A stretch of DNA of 64,000 nucleotides from Salpingoeca rosetta (lineage: Eukaryota > Protista > Choanoflagellata). Where the stretch lies: positions 2,535,970 to 2,599,969 of the forward strand of contig JAWQFM010000003.1 of the NCBI GenBank assembly GCA_033442325.1, given 5' to 3'. Numbering within the stretch: the first letter of the stretch is position 1; each line of letters opens with the position of its first letter. The notes under the pieces are model-generated. The model was not told where the DNA came from, made no database searches, and saw only the letters and a list, made by a program, of their open reading frames with translations. A program made the translations under genes and the position numbers. Below are positions 1 to 15,568 of this stretch, one piece after another.

Positions 1-492
1 TCAATCTCCATCGGTTTCGACACCTTGAGGTAGTCCCCACCTGACGCGTATATATTGAGCGAACGGAGTGATGGCGCAAGCGCGAGTGTGAGAGTGTGCG
101 TGTGTCATGCGTTGATTTGCAGACATGTTTCGAGCATGTGTTGTCAATGTGTCCATTACGACACGCAAATAAATGCACACACACACTCACACTCACACAC
201 CTTTTGATTTCGGTTTCGTTGAGTTGGCAGCCTGGTCCTGCATCACATCATCATCACCATCATCATCATCATCATCGTCATCGCCATCCTCGTCCATGTT
301 GATGTCGACAACAGCGAGTGCGGGCTGCTTCGCTGCACCAGCGCTGCTGTTCTTCTTCGAAGGCGACGGTGTTGTGCTGGATGGGGATTGAGGAAGAGCA
401 AGAGTGTCGAGTGGGATGCGCATGAAGGGTGTTACAATTCAGAGAAACAACTGACACCAATGGCTGCACTGAAGGACAACAACACCACCACC

Positions 493-577
<85 letters not shown>

Positions 578-978
578 CCAACACCAACACCAACACCACC
601 ACCACCACGCTCATCACATCATGACATTCTCGCTATCACAACTTACGCTGACGACCACTCCTGTGTGCTGGCGCGTCCTTCAGGTGACTCCATTGGCTCA
701 GCATCCATTCCGCCGCCACCACCAACACCATCATCATCATCGTCGTCGTCGTTGTTGTCGTTCATGTCATCAATGTCCAGTGGGGGTTCTCCCATGGCTT
801 CGAGCGACTTTGGCGCAGGCTTGCCACCTGCTCACGATGATGGTGAATTGTGGATGATGAGCGGTGATGCAGGTGGTGAGATGAGTGAGGGTGGTGCTGT
901 AAAGGCATTGTCTGCGTGAGTTCACGTGTGCGACCGCACGTGACCTTCACGTACACGTGTACACAGGGTACGGCATTG

Positions 979-1064
<86 letters not shown>

Positions 1065-1833
1065 GCGCGCACACGCACACGCATCTGTACATACACCAAG
1101 AGAACACACACACACACACACACACCCTGCACCATAACCACTCACCAGCAGCAGCAGGCGTAGTCTTTGCAGCGGCAGAACGCTTGGAGCGCTTTTTGGT
1201 ATCAGCACCATCGTCGTTGTCGTCATCTTCGTCGTCGTGTGGCAGTTCACCTTTCATGAACACATCGTGGGCCGCGTCCACGCTTCCATGCAGTGCAATG
1301 TGCGCCAGTGACCTGAGGAATTGACAGGCACAAGGGGGCAAGGGGGGGGGGCAACGTGCCATTGAGTGTGTGAGTGTCAGAGGCTGGGTGCGATGTAAAC
1401 GTTGGTTCGGTGCAATCAAACGACGACGACGACCACCACCACCACCACCCCCACTACCCCTCACTCGTTCGTACTTGTTCTTCTTTGCGTTGCGTCTGGC
1501 CTTGAGCATCTGCAGCACATCGTCATCCTCGCCATCGCCATCCATGCCCGTCTGATTCGTGATGGTGAAGGAAGGCAGTGGGCACTCGTGAGCACGCGAA
1601 ACCAGACAACACACACACGCACATGCACACACGCACACACACACTTACGCACACGCACACGCACACGTACGCACACACATGCACACACGTCGCACATGCT
1701 TACCTCGCCCATGACTTCGGCCAGCAGTTTGTCCTCGCCAAGCGGCCGTGTCGCCTGTCAGCCGTATGACACAAACCCATGCGCATGTGTGTAGGCGTGA
1801 GGTCTGTGTGCTCGAGTTGAAGGCTCACACACA

Positions 1834-1869
<36 letters not shown>

Positions 1870-2335
1870 TACACATTTTCGCAGACGCATACACATACTC
1901 ACACAACCATAAACGACATGCAATACACGGCACGCTAGCATTACGTGGCTCATCTTGACGACGGCGGCGCCGAGGCGTGCGCCCTTGCCGCTGCTGAAGA
2001 GGTTGGCGGCCCGCGATGCCTTCTTCGGCGCCTTCTTCTTGCGCGGACCCGTAGGGCCACGGGGCCCGCGACGCGCTTTGCGGGCGGCGTTGCTGTACTG
2101 CGCGTTGAAGACCTCGTCATCGTCTTCCATGATGTCCCGGCCATCATCATAGTAGCCGCCGTAGTCGCCGTCGCCGTCGTCGACAATGAAGTCGGCGTGC
2201 TGCAGTTGCTGGCGCCGGTGCTGCTCGTAGGCGTCGTCGTCGACCTCGTCGTACAGATCGTCGTCGCCATCATCAAGCAGCGCGTTCCTGTCCATCTGCG
2301 TCCATCCGTGACCATCCGTGAGTGATCATCGGTGT

Positions 2336-2374
<39 letters not shown>

Positions 2375-2892
2375 AGCACACGCACACACACACAAACGGC
2401 GTGAGCGATGATGTTGTGTGTCAGATGGCGTGTGTGTGTGTGATCGCCACCATTGCCATCCAGCGTACACTCTCACACACATGTGTACACACACACACAC
2501 ACAAACTTGTACGCACACAAACAAACAAACAAAAAAAAACAAGCACACACATACCTTGAAGGCGGCACGGGTGGCATCGCGCTTTTGTTTGAGCTTGTCA
2601 CGTCGACTGCTGCGCGTGCGTCCCTCATCCAGCTCATCTGCACAAATCGCGCATGTGGTCACAACCGCGCACACAACACACACACACACACAAAGCACAC
2701 ACAACACACACACACACAAAACACACACACGCACACACAAGCATGTTGAGCTGTGCCACGACACGACAGACAAGGAAGACAGCTGTCCCGCGATTGTTCG
2801 ACATGCGCGCACACCACGTCATGCTCACCGAGGTTGAGCAGGCCCTTCTCGGCCATGTCGAGGGCGTCCATGTTCGCTGTCTCCTCAGCCAT
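1..2892 (-). CDS. POLA1: DNA polymerase alpha catalytic subunit, N-terminal part (multi-exon; runs off the left edge of the window)
   Basis: Exons approx. 2892-2829, 2637-2555, 2295-1945, 1754-1704, 1551-1474, 1312-1146, 827-646, ~378-202 and 40-1. The exon at 2295 encodes LYDEVDDDAYEQHRRQQLQHADFIVDDGDGDYGGYYDDGRDIMEDDDE, the characteristic Pol alpha N-terminal motif. The catalytic domains lie outside the window. Confidence 0.8.
478..620. repeat. (CAC)n(CAT)n trinucleotide microsatellite in a POLA1 intron
   Basis: Seen directly; it is the source of the poly-His, poly-Ile and poly-Met pseudo-ORFs. Confidence 0.92.
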
Positions 2893-3075
2893 GATGAATG
2901 CTGGCTGTAGTGTTTCCCTTGTCTGTCCTCCTCACGCACAGTATGCTCTCTCAGACAAGGCCCCAGCGACCTTTCTTCCTCCGGTGTTCTTGTCTGCGGT
3001 GTCGTGGTGCAGTGAGTCGCAGAGACAGAGAGATGGCGGCAGTGGTGGTGTGTGTCTGGCGGCTCGGCTCGTATC

Positions 3076-3129
<54 letters not shown>

Positions 3130-3172
3130 TTTGCCGCTTCAAGATTTTGGCGCTTGTTTTGGCGCGCGAAAA
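3130..3172. promoter_or_regulatory. Cluster of E2F-type sites (TTTSSCGC) in the POLA1/GALE divergent promoter
   Basis: TTTGCCGC at 3130-3137, TTTTGGCGC at 3145-3153, and the overlapping inverted pair TTTTGGCGCGCGAAAA at 3157-3172. They lie about 240-280 bp upstream of the POLA1 ATG. Confidence 0.6.
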
Positions 3173-3325
3173 TCGAATCGACTGAATTCAGTCGCAATTG
3201 CTGAGTAAGCAGAAACAAAAACCGCAGTGGCGAAGCAACACAACGGAAACGTCCAACACACACACACACACACACACACAAAGCTTCAGTGCGAGGCACG
3301 ACCGACCCACCCCGTTCATATCTGA

Positions 3326-5750
<2,425 letters not shown>

Positions 5751-5802
5751 TGGTAGCGAGGACCAATGCCTCGCTTTTGCTGACCCCACCATCCACCACC
5801 AA

Positions 5803-5849
<47 letters not shown>

Positions 5850-6065
5850 TTGTGTTATTGGCTGCTCTTTGGCAGCACTCGGTTGACGTTGTTCCAATGA
5901 AACTGGCCAAGCAACCTCCATGCACAGCAAAGCACTCCCGCACCATCCACACACACACACACACTCTCTCTCTCTCTCTCTCACATATTCACGCCCTTGT
6001 CCACACGAGGTTGCGTCATTCTTTCTCTTCCCATATCCAACAACAACACACAACCACAAAGCAAG

Positions 6066-6549
6066 ATGGCTGTGCTTTCTGTTGCTGGGAAGCGGCGGCG
6101 CGCGTGGTGGGCGCTTGCTGCCTCTATCGTCTTCTCCACGGGGATGATCGCCTTTGTCCACCTCAACCAGAACAAGGAGCGCGAGGTGCGTGATGATGCG
6201 GGGGACAGGCGGCGGCAGTGGCTGGTGTGCACGTGTCTGCATGTGTGTGCATGTGTGTGCATGTGCGTGTGTGTGCATGTGCGTGTGTGTCAATGTGATT
6301 ACAGCTTGCTGGAGTCCTGTGACCACCTTTGGCCGCACTGCCCACAGCGCTCACCGTGCTGCCCGCTCTCATTGCGCTGCTTGTGCACAGGCGTTGCATG
6401 AGGGGGTCATCAAGGATATGGAACGACAGGAGCGCAAGCGGCTCAACAGGATTGAGCAGGAACAGCAGATGGAGCTGCGACGGCAGCTTGAGTTGGAAGA
6501 GAAGCGAACACTGGAGCAGCAGCAGCAGCAGCAACGCAAGTCGCAATAG
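6066..6549 (+). CDS. PET117: Mitochondrial cytochrome c oxidase assembly factor PET117 (2 exons: 6066-6185, 6391-6549)
   Basis: Spliced product MAVLSVAGKRRRAWWALAASIVFSTGMIAFVHLNQNKERE|ALHEGVIKDMERQERKRLNRIEQEQQMELRRQLE. It shows the PET117 pattern of a TM helix, VH..Q..E...LH.GVI.D.ER and a coiled coil. Confidence 0.85.
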
Positions 6550-6872
6550 CCAACCACGCACGACTCTATGAGCGCGCCACCCTCCGTCTAGCTTCCCCAC
6601 CTCTCCTCTTACACCCTCGCCCGCTCACTCCCTCGCCCTCGACCAGCCGATACCGCTGCCCTCCCTGCCTCCCTGCTTTGCTATTCTTTCTCGCCTCCTC
6701 TCCTCTCGCGCGCCCCACGCAGGATGTGCTTGGAGCATGGAGGGGGCTTGTTACTCTAACCATAAGGCCACATGGTGTTCGGTTGTCGCACTTACTCCGC
6801 CATTAAACACGACTTGTGTGTGAACACGCTGCTCCCATATCCAACCACTGAACACACGCGCGCGCACAAAGC

Positions 6873-7197
6873 ATGGGCGGCGAGCAGGAGAGCGGCGTGT
6901 CGGAGTACGAGCGCCTACGCCAGGAGAACATCCGGCGCAACTTGGAGAAGCTGCAGGCCCTCGACCTGCTCTCGTCGCCCTCGCTCACGACAGGCTCCGC
7001 CAGTGCTTCCACCACAACGACAGCAAGCACAACAGGGTCCTCGTCGTCGTCGCAGCAGAAAGAAGCGGGTAAGAAGCCGCCAGCCCCACAGCTACCACGA
7101 CGCCGCTCCCAGCGACTGGCACAGCTCAAGCACCGGCCCAGCCTCAAGGAGCCATCTGTTCCTCGGGCGCCGACGTCGTCCAAGCGCCGCCACGAGC

Positions 7198-7240
<43 letters not shown>

Positions 7241-7632
7241 TGTGTCTGTGTGGCTGTGTGTCTGTGTGGCTGTCTGTCTGTGTGCGTTCAAGCCACATCC
7301 ATCTCCTCTTCTCTACGATACGTGTCTCATGTTGACCTGTGGACGTGTGTGCAGGCAGACAACAGCGCCGAGGATGCAGATGCACAGGCCAAGTTCTGGT
7401 CAAAGCGGCCGCCCCACTACACATCCGACGACGCCAGCGCCACTGCCAAGACTGAGCAGCAAGCACGGAGTGCAGCACACAGCGCCATCGCCAACGCCAA
7501 GTATGGGCGGGTGTCCTGTAAGCAGTTACGCGCCAACGTGGAGCGCATGGTCTTGCAGCATCTCGGTCGCTCCATTCCACGCATCGGCGGACAGGTGTGT
7601 TTGTGTGTGTCTGTGTGTGTGTGTATGTGTGT

Positions 7633-7699
<67 letters not shown>

Positions 7700-8995
7700 T
7701 CTGTGGGTGTCTGTGTGTACGTCTGTGGGTGTCTGTGTGTACGTCTGTGGGTGTCTGTGGGTGGGTGGGTGTATGTATGGGTGTGCTGCATGTGTCTCTC
7801 CGTCTCACTGTTTGCCTGTGTATCGACTTGTGCGTGTGTGATGACACGCGTCTCCGTGCCATACCACGTGCGATCATCACTCATCCCTGTGCAGGTGAAG
7901 CGGGCTGTAATGGAGCTTGCCGCTGCTCCGCACAGCGTCACCTTCAACCGCATGAGCGGCATCCAGGAATGGGCAAACGCCGTCTTCCTCTTTGTCAACA
8001 TCAACCCCTCAGGGTGAGGCCGTACATACGTGTGTCTGTGTGTCTGTGTGTCTGTGTCTGTGTGTCTGTGTCTGTGTATGGGTGAGTTATGCCTACCGCA
8101 GTGTCGTTGATGTCTGCAATCTGGACTTCGCAGGTACGACAACGTGTTTCTCGACGGCGGCCGGATGCTTACGTGGTTCGCACAACCAACCCAGGTAATG
8201 CTAGTCACGCCCTCGAAGCCATAGCCTACAGACACACACACAAGCACGTACAACCCCGCACACACACACTAACACATTTACACGCTCACCCACATACATA
8301 CATACATACACACTCACTCACTCACTCACTCACTCACTCACTCACTCACTCACTCACTCACTCACTCACTCACTCACACACTCACACACTCACACACACA
8401 CTCACTCACTCACACACCCACTCACTCACGCACTCACGCACTCACACACACACACGCACACACTCACTCACTCACACACCCACTCACTCACACACACACA
8501 CACACACAACATGTGCAGAAGCCAACGACGCCCGTGATTGTGAAGCTGCTGCAGTATGGCCAGATGCCCATTCTCCCGCCCAATGGTCCCGTTTTCGCTA
8601 CTGAGAAGCAAGGCAACACAGCAACTCAAGCGACAGTCACAACGAATGCTGAGGTACTCAGCTCACTGCCACACAACAGCCACGATTGCGCCAGCAGCAC
8701 AGCAGATGCTGATTACGACACTGCCTACGAACACACATACGACGACGGGAACGACCACCACCGCCAGATTGATTACCGGCATTATGAAGTAGATGGTGAT
8801 GTTGTTCGGAGTTTGGTTGACGAGTGTGTGCTGCTGTTCTGCCGGCTGCCTGGCCAGGACTACGTGTGCCTTGGACGCCTTCGATGCGAGAAGACAGATC
8901 TGGATGCCCGGCCAATGCGTTTCCTTTGGCGCTTAATCGACCATGGTCACCTTCTCAGGTCCCCTTCCTTTCTTCAGATGCTTCCAGCACCGTGA
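6873..8995 (+). CDS. Uncharacterised protein with an N-terminal SEYE..R..NI..N helix and a C-terminal DUF3427/SRA(PUA)-like domain (5 exons)
   Basis: Exons 6873-7199, 7355-7594, 7895-8013, 8134-8194 and 8519-8995 splice in frame with GT-AG ends. Motifs: SEYERLRQENIRRNLEKLQALDL; SGIQEWANAVFLFVN; YDNVFLDGGRMLTWFAQ; VLLFCRLPGQDYVCLGRL; RPMRFLWRL. The domain call is by pattern recall. Confidence 0.7.
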
Positions 8996-9007
8996 CGCTC
9001 GTGCGTG

Positions 9008-9044
<37 letters not shown>

Positions 9045-9307
9045 CATCCTATGCAACAGTATGTGTGCATCTCATTGGCTTGTGGTTCTCTCCCGTGGCG
9101 CGGCTTTGTCTTGCTCGCGGGCTGGATGAAGCTAGTGTCAAGTTTATTTCGAGTGTACGGAAGTCCGAGCTGGCCGTACCAAGGAACAACACGCAAAGTC
9201 GTGTAACACAACAGAACAGAGAGACAATGCTCAATCAACCAATCAATCACATCGATCACACCAATCAAGGGCAACTACAACTACCATCGCAACTCACACA
9301 ACGACAG

Positions 9308-9353
<46 letters not shown>

Positions 9354-9481
9354 AAACAACAACAACAACAACAACAACAAAAACAACAACAACAACTTCG
9401 ACTCGCACAATGGCTGGCCGTGACTGCTACTGTCTGGCTTTCTGGTCTCTTCCTCTGCCCGCCCCTTTCACTAGAACACAC

Positions 9482-12400
9482 TCACGCCCGCGCCTGCTCT
9501 CACATCGTGTAACGCACGCATACACGGCACAGCAATGGCTCAAAGAGGGCAGAAAACACAAGCACACTCTCAGGCCTCCGCCTTGTGCTCGCCCCACACC
9601 TGCTTTGAAATCCACACGGGCCACTCAAGGAAGGAGACATTGTGGGATCTTGCACGCGCAAACAGCTCTGCCACACTTGCATTCTGAACACCGGCAGCAA
9701 CAATAGCATGAACACGGCAAGCGCAGGACCAAGCAACAAAGAGTGAGCATCAGCGAAAGCATGATTGAAAGCAAGCACACACTCAAACTCATACAACGGC
9801 AGCAATAGACAACAGGACGCAAAGCACATTGCTTCCCTCAACTGGCAAACAATAACAAACATCGAGTGTACTGACGGGTGCAAGCTTGCCCGGGTTCTCC
9901 TTCTCATAGTTGATGCGCAAGGCGAGCACAAGGTTTGCAAAGTACACCTGCACACAGCAAAGCAAACAAGGTTGAGTCAAACAAGGACATCCGTAAGCTA
10001 TCGCAGAAATGCAACGGTTCACTCCCACCAATCCCAAGAGCATGAAGAGCAGGTTCATGTGCACATGTAGACATGTACACATGCACACACGCACGCACGC
10101 ACACACACACACACACGCATATGTACTCGGACTCCAGTCCACACAGTCGTCTCATACCCGCTCGAGAATGAGTTGGTTCTGCTGCAGTTCGCCCAGCTCC
10201 TTCTGTGCCGTCTCAAGGCTGGCCTTGCACCGTTTCCCCGCCACTTTCTCCTGCTGCAGCTCCTTGCACACCTCCGCAAGTTGCGTGACAAGCTGGTTCT
10301 TGTACGCCTCAGCGGCAACAGCAACAGAAGACGAGCGTGACACGGCTTGCTGCAGTTGCTGCATGCTGTCCGCGTGATCACCGAGTTCAGAGTTGACCTC
10401 TTGCCTCAGATTGGTCATCCACTGTCGCACCTGTTCAAATGCTTCGCGAACACGAGCAACTACAAAAACAGCAGGTCAAACGCAACACGACAACAAACTC
10501 AACAATGAATGGTACAACCTTACGCATTGCTGGCATCAAGCACATCATCGCAACTCGCCAAATACGCATGATGGACTGCGCAGATCATTACCTTGTGCTT
10601 GGCGTTGCTCTACAAGCGCGGCCTCTGCGGCCGTGTGCTTCGCCTCATATTCAGCACGCAGCGCAGACGCAGTGGAATCGAGTGCTTTGTCTGCCTGAGC
10701 GTGTGCTTCTGCAAGTTCGTCTTGGTGTCTTGAACTCAGTGCTTGCAAGCGAGCATTGCTCGCCTTAATAGCACTGGAAAGCTCTTCGATTCGCACGCGA
10801 AGCACAATTGCTTCCTGATCAAGCGCTTGCACGGTTGCATTGTGCTCAGCCTTGATGCTATCCACATGGTGTGCGTGCTCAGCCTTGATGGTGTCGACTT
10901 GCTGTACGTGCTCAGCATCCTTCTGCTCAAGCTGCTGTGCATGCTCAGCCTTGATGTTGTCCACATGGTGTGCGTGCTCAGCCTTGATGTTGTTGACCTC
11001 TTGCGCATGCTCAGCCTTGATGCTGTCAAGCTGCTGTACGTGCTCGGTCTTGATGCTGTCAAGCTGCTGTGCGTGCTCAGTCTCCTTCTGCTCCAGCTGC
11101 TGCGCATGCTCAGCCTTGATGCAGTTGACATGCTGTGCGTGCTCAGCGTCCTTCTGCTCAAGCTGCTGTGCGTGCTCAGCATCCTTGTGCTCAAGCTCCT
11201 GCGCATGCTCAGCCATCTTCTGCTCAAGCTCTTGCGCATGCCCGGTCTTGATGCAGTCGACATGCTGTGCGTGCTCAGCATCCTTTTGCTCAAGCTGCTG
11301 TACGTGCTCAGCCTTGATGCAGTCGACATGCTGTGCATGCTCAGCTTCCTTGTACTCAAGCTCTTGCGCATGCTCAGCCTTGATGCTGTCCACATGCTGT
11401 GCATGCTCAGCCATCTTCTGCTCAAGCTGCTGTGCGTGCTCAGCATCCTTCTTCTCAAGCTGCTGCGCATGCTCAGCATCCTTCTGCTCAAGCTGCTGCG
11501 CATGCTCAGTCTCCTTCTGCTCAAGCTGCTGTGCGTGCTCAGCACCCTTCTTCTCAAGCTGCTGTACGTGCTCAGCCTTGATGTTGTCCACATGGTGTGC
11601 GTGCTCAGCCTTGATGTTGTTGACCTCTTGCGCATGCTCAGCCTTGATGCTGTCAAGCTGCTGTGCGTGCTCAGCCTTGATGCAGCTGACATGCTGTGCG
11701 TGCTCAGCGTCCTTCTGCTCAAGCTGCTGTGCGTGCTCGGTCTCCTTCTTCTCAAGCTCTTGCGCATGCTCAGCCTTGATGCAGTTGACATGCTGTGCGT
11801 GCTCAGCGTCCTTCTGCTCAAGCTGCTGTGCGTGCTCAGCGTCCTTCTGCTCAAGCTGGTGTACGTGCTCAGCCTTGATGCAGCTGACATGCTGTGCGTG
11901 CTCAGCGTCCTTCTGCTCAAGCTGCTGTGCGTGCTCAGCTTCCTTCTGCTCAAGCTGCTGTGCGTGCTCAGCATCTTTCTTCTCAAGCTCCTGCGCATGC
12001 TCAGCATCCTTCTGCTCAAGCTCTTGCGCATGCTCAGCCTTGATGGTGTCCACATGCTGTGCGTGCTCAGCATCCTTCTTCTCAAGCTGCTGTGCGTGCT
12101 CGGTCTTGATGCTGTCAAGCTGCTGTGCGTGCTCAGCGTCCTTCTTCTCAAGCTGCTGTGCGTGCTCAGCCATCTTCTTCTCAAGCTGCTGTGCGTGCTC
12201 AGCTTCCTTCTGCTCAAGCTCTTGCGCATGCTCAGCCTTGATGCAGTTGACATGCTGTGCGTGCTCGGCGTCCTTCTGCTCAAGCTGCTGTGCGTGCTCA
12301 GCTTCCTTCTGCTCAAGCTCTTGCGCATGCTCAGCCTTGATGCAGTTGACATGCTGTGCGTGCTCAGCATCCTTCTGCTCCAGCTGCTGTGCGTGCTCAG

Positions 12401-15400
12401 CATCCTTTTGCTCAAGCTGCTGTGCGTGCTCAACCTTGATGCAGTTGACATGCTGTGCGTGCTCGGTCTCCTTCTTCTCAAGCTCTTGCGCATGCTCAGC
12501 CTTGATGCAGCTGACATGCTGTGCGTGCTCAGCGTCCTTCTGCTCAAGCTGCTGTGCGTGCTCAGCGTCCTTCTGCTCAAGCTGCTGTGCGTGCTCAGCG
12601 TCTTTCTGCTCAAGCTGCTGTGCGTGCTCGGTCTCCTTCTGCTCAAGCTCTTGCGCATGCTCAGCCTTGATGCAGTTGACATGCTGTGCGTGCTCAGCAT
12701 CCTTCTGCTCCAGCTGCTGTACGTGCTCAGCATCCTTCTGCTCAAGCTGCTGTGCATGCTCAGCCTTGATGGTGTCGACATGCTGTGCATGCTCAGCATC
12801 CTTCTTCTCAAGCTGCTGTGCATGCTCAGCCTTGATGCAGTTGACATGCTGTGCGTGCTCAGCATCCTTCTTCTCCAGCTGCTGCGCGTGCTCAGCCTTC
12901 ATACCAGCAAGTTGTCTTTCGTGCTCTTCAAGGATACCCACTGTCTTTTCATCATACCGTGACGCCAAACTGCTGATTTCTGCCGCGTGTTCTTCCTTGA
13001 GACTGCACACCTCTTGCTCGTGCTTGCGTTGCTGCTGTCTGATCATCCCTGTGTGCGCGTCGGTCTCACGGGTAATGCGTTCTTCATACTCATGCGTCAA
13101 GTGTGCAAGTTGCTGTGCATGCTTCTCCTCCAGGTCGGCCTGCTGTGCAGCAAACCCTGTCTCCATCGCATCAAGCTGCCGTGCCTTCTCCACTTTGTTC
13201 ATGTCCAGCTCTCGCCTGTGCTCCGCAAGTGCTGTCTCGAGCTTCCTTTCGCACGCTGCTTTCGTCTCTGCAAGCTGGAGCGCATGCGTTTCGCTCGCCG
13301 CGCTCATCTCCCGCTGGTGTGCTTCAGACTGCTCCCTCAGCTGAGTCTGCACATCCCTCTGCAGCGCACCTGTCCGTGCGTGCAGCTCGCACGTGTGCTC
13401 TGCAGCCAACACGCGCATCGCGCCTTGGTGATTCTCCTCCAACACCTGTAGGTCTTGATCTTGACGCGCGGTGACAGCGTGCAGCTGCGCAGTGGCCTTG
13501 TCGACCATTTCCCTCAGTCGCTGCTCGCGTTCAGCGTGAAGCTGCTCCTGCTTGCGAACAGCGGCCGTCAGTTTCTGTGCGTGGGCGTTCTGGACGCTGC
13601 TCAGGGCGGTTTGGTGCTTCTCGTTCAGCTGTTGCATGCGGGTGGAAAACTCAGCCTCGAGTGCAGCCAATTGGTTCCGGTGCTCTTGCTTGACAGTATC
13701 GAGTTCTTGCTGGTGCTGACGTTGTGCGCTGCTCATGTCCTGCTGCAGCTGTGCGGAGAGACTGGCTGTGGTCGTCTCCACCTCCACCTTGACCCTCTCC
13801 ACCTGCTCCACTAAGTCATTGCAGCGTGTACTGAGCGTGCGCCGTTGGGCAACGCTCTCCTTCACCAGCAGCTGCAACTCAGCACAGAGACGGCGCATAT
13901 GCGTCGTTGCGTCGCCCTGGTCACCGCCGCTGCTGCTGCTGCTTGCTTCTGTCCCTGGAGCGCCCTCTTGCTCGCCCTCCACAGACTCATCTGCCGACGT
14001 CAGCGCTGCAACGGCAGTCTCCATCTCCGCCTGCATCTCACACAGGGCAGCGGCAAGCTCCTTGTTGTGGTCGCGTAGCGCCATCACCTCTTCCTTCATG
14101 TATGAATGCTGGGCGTCATGCTCGTTGAGCAATTCCTCCACCTCCAGCTGCGATTGCTTTCGTGCTGTCGCGAGCGCATCGCTGAGTGTCTGCATGCTGT
14201 CTCTGAGGCGGGCCGTGTCCTGAGCGTAGCGGTCGTGCACGGCTGCCACTGCGCGCTCCGTGTTGTTGAGCTGCACCTGCAAGCTGCTAATGGTGCAATC
14301 CCGTGCACGCATCTCTTCCTTCTGCTCCTCAATTGTCTCGCGCAATGTGCACACATCACGCCTCAGCTGTGAATTTGCCGTCTGCAACGCCGCCATTCGG
14401 TCTTTGCTCTCGGACTTGGGCGTGGGATTCTGTTCCGCTGTTGTTGCCTGGGCATAATGTTATTCGTGTGTGTATTACGCGTACGGGTGCATTGTGTGCG
14501 TGTGTTGCGCATGTTCTTGCGTGAGGATAGCGACTGGAGTAAAGGCACGCAATGCTGCTGATGGTGGTGCTGATGATGTTGAGAGGACATGGAGCCAGCC
14601 ACCATCATCACGACAACAAAATGAATCCTAACATCACCACCACCACCATGGCATCACCACAGGCCGCATGCACGATGTGTCGCTTACCGCGCGGATCTGG
14701 CTGACGAGATTGCGGCTGTCTTCAAGCAGTCGACGCAGACTGGAGGTGGATGGCGAGGAGCGCTGTGGTGGTGACAACAGGGGCAACAGCATGATGGGTG
14801 AAATGAATGAGCAGACGCCGTGTGGTGCACGCATGCAAGCATGAAGCATAGCAAGGAAACGGACGATGGCGTCTGATTGTAGGTAGAACGTAGCGTACAA
14901 CGAGAGAAATCTTAAGAAGTGCGCAGCTCAACAGCACACGCAAGCACGCACGCAATCACACACACACACAAAAACAACTCATTGAATAAGGAAGTCAACG
15001 AACACGTGAACAGACATATGTACACGCATACACGCATTCACGCATACACGCATACACGCAAACGCACACACGCAAACGCACACATTTTCACGGACCTTTC
15101 TGCGAAGCCTGCGGGGTTGAGGTGTCATGACCTCCTCGCCATCATTTGTAATGTCCACCCACTCCGAGTCGTTCATGGTGGTGGATGTCATGATGGAGGA
15201 GTTTGCTGTTGCCACACCCCCTTCATCCTCCATGTCTGTGTCCCGGCAGCTGGCTGTGTCCGTAAGGCTGCTACTGTCCACGCTGGTGTCGCGATACTGA
15301 GAAGATGAGGGCCGAAATACCCTTGGGGTTGCATGCACACTGGCGTTCACACTGCTGCTCATACTACTGTTCATGCTGGTGGTGGTGTTGCTGGTGGTGG

Positions 15401-15522
15401 AAATCCGCTTGGCACGCCGGCGCGCAGGCTTGCTGTTCTCCTTCTCCACGAGACCCAGCGCTTGGAACTGACGAAGGCGCTGATCAAACTTGTCTTTGCA
15501 GTGCTGCGGTATGTGTATTGTA

Positions 15523-15568
<46 letters not shown>

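Noticed and set aside
10840-12900. Regular ~33-bp periodicity resembling a CRISPR array
   Set aside because: There are no unique spacers or cas genes, the array is in-frame coding, and the genome is eukaryotic.
10736-13344. Three extra long ORFs (709, 739 and 834 aa) overlapping the coiled-coil exon on both strands
   Set aside because: They are a by-product of a 33-bp repeat that has no stops in several frames, and they end close to the repeat borders.
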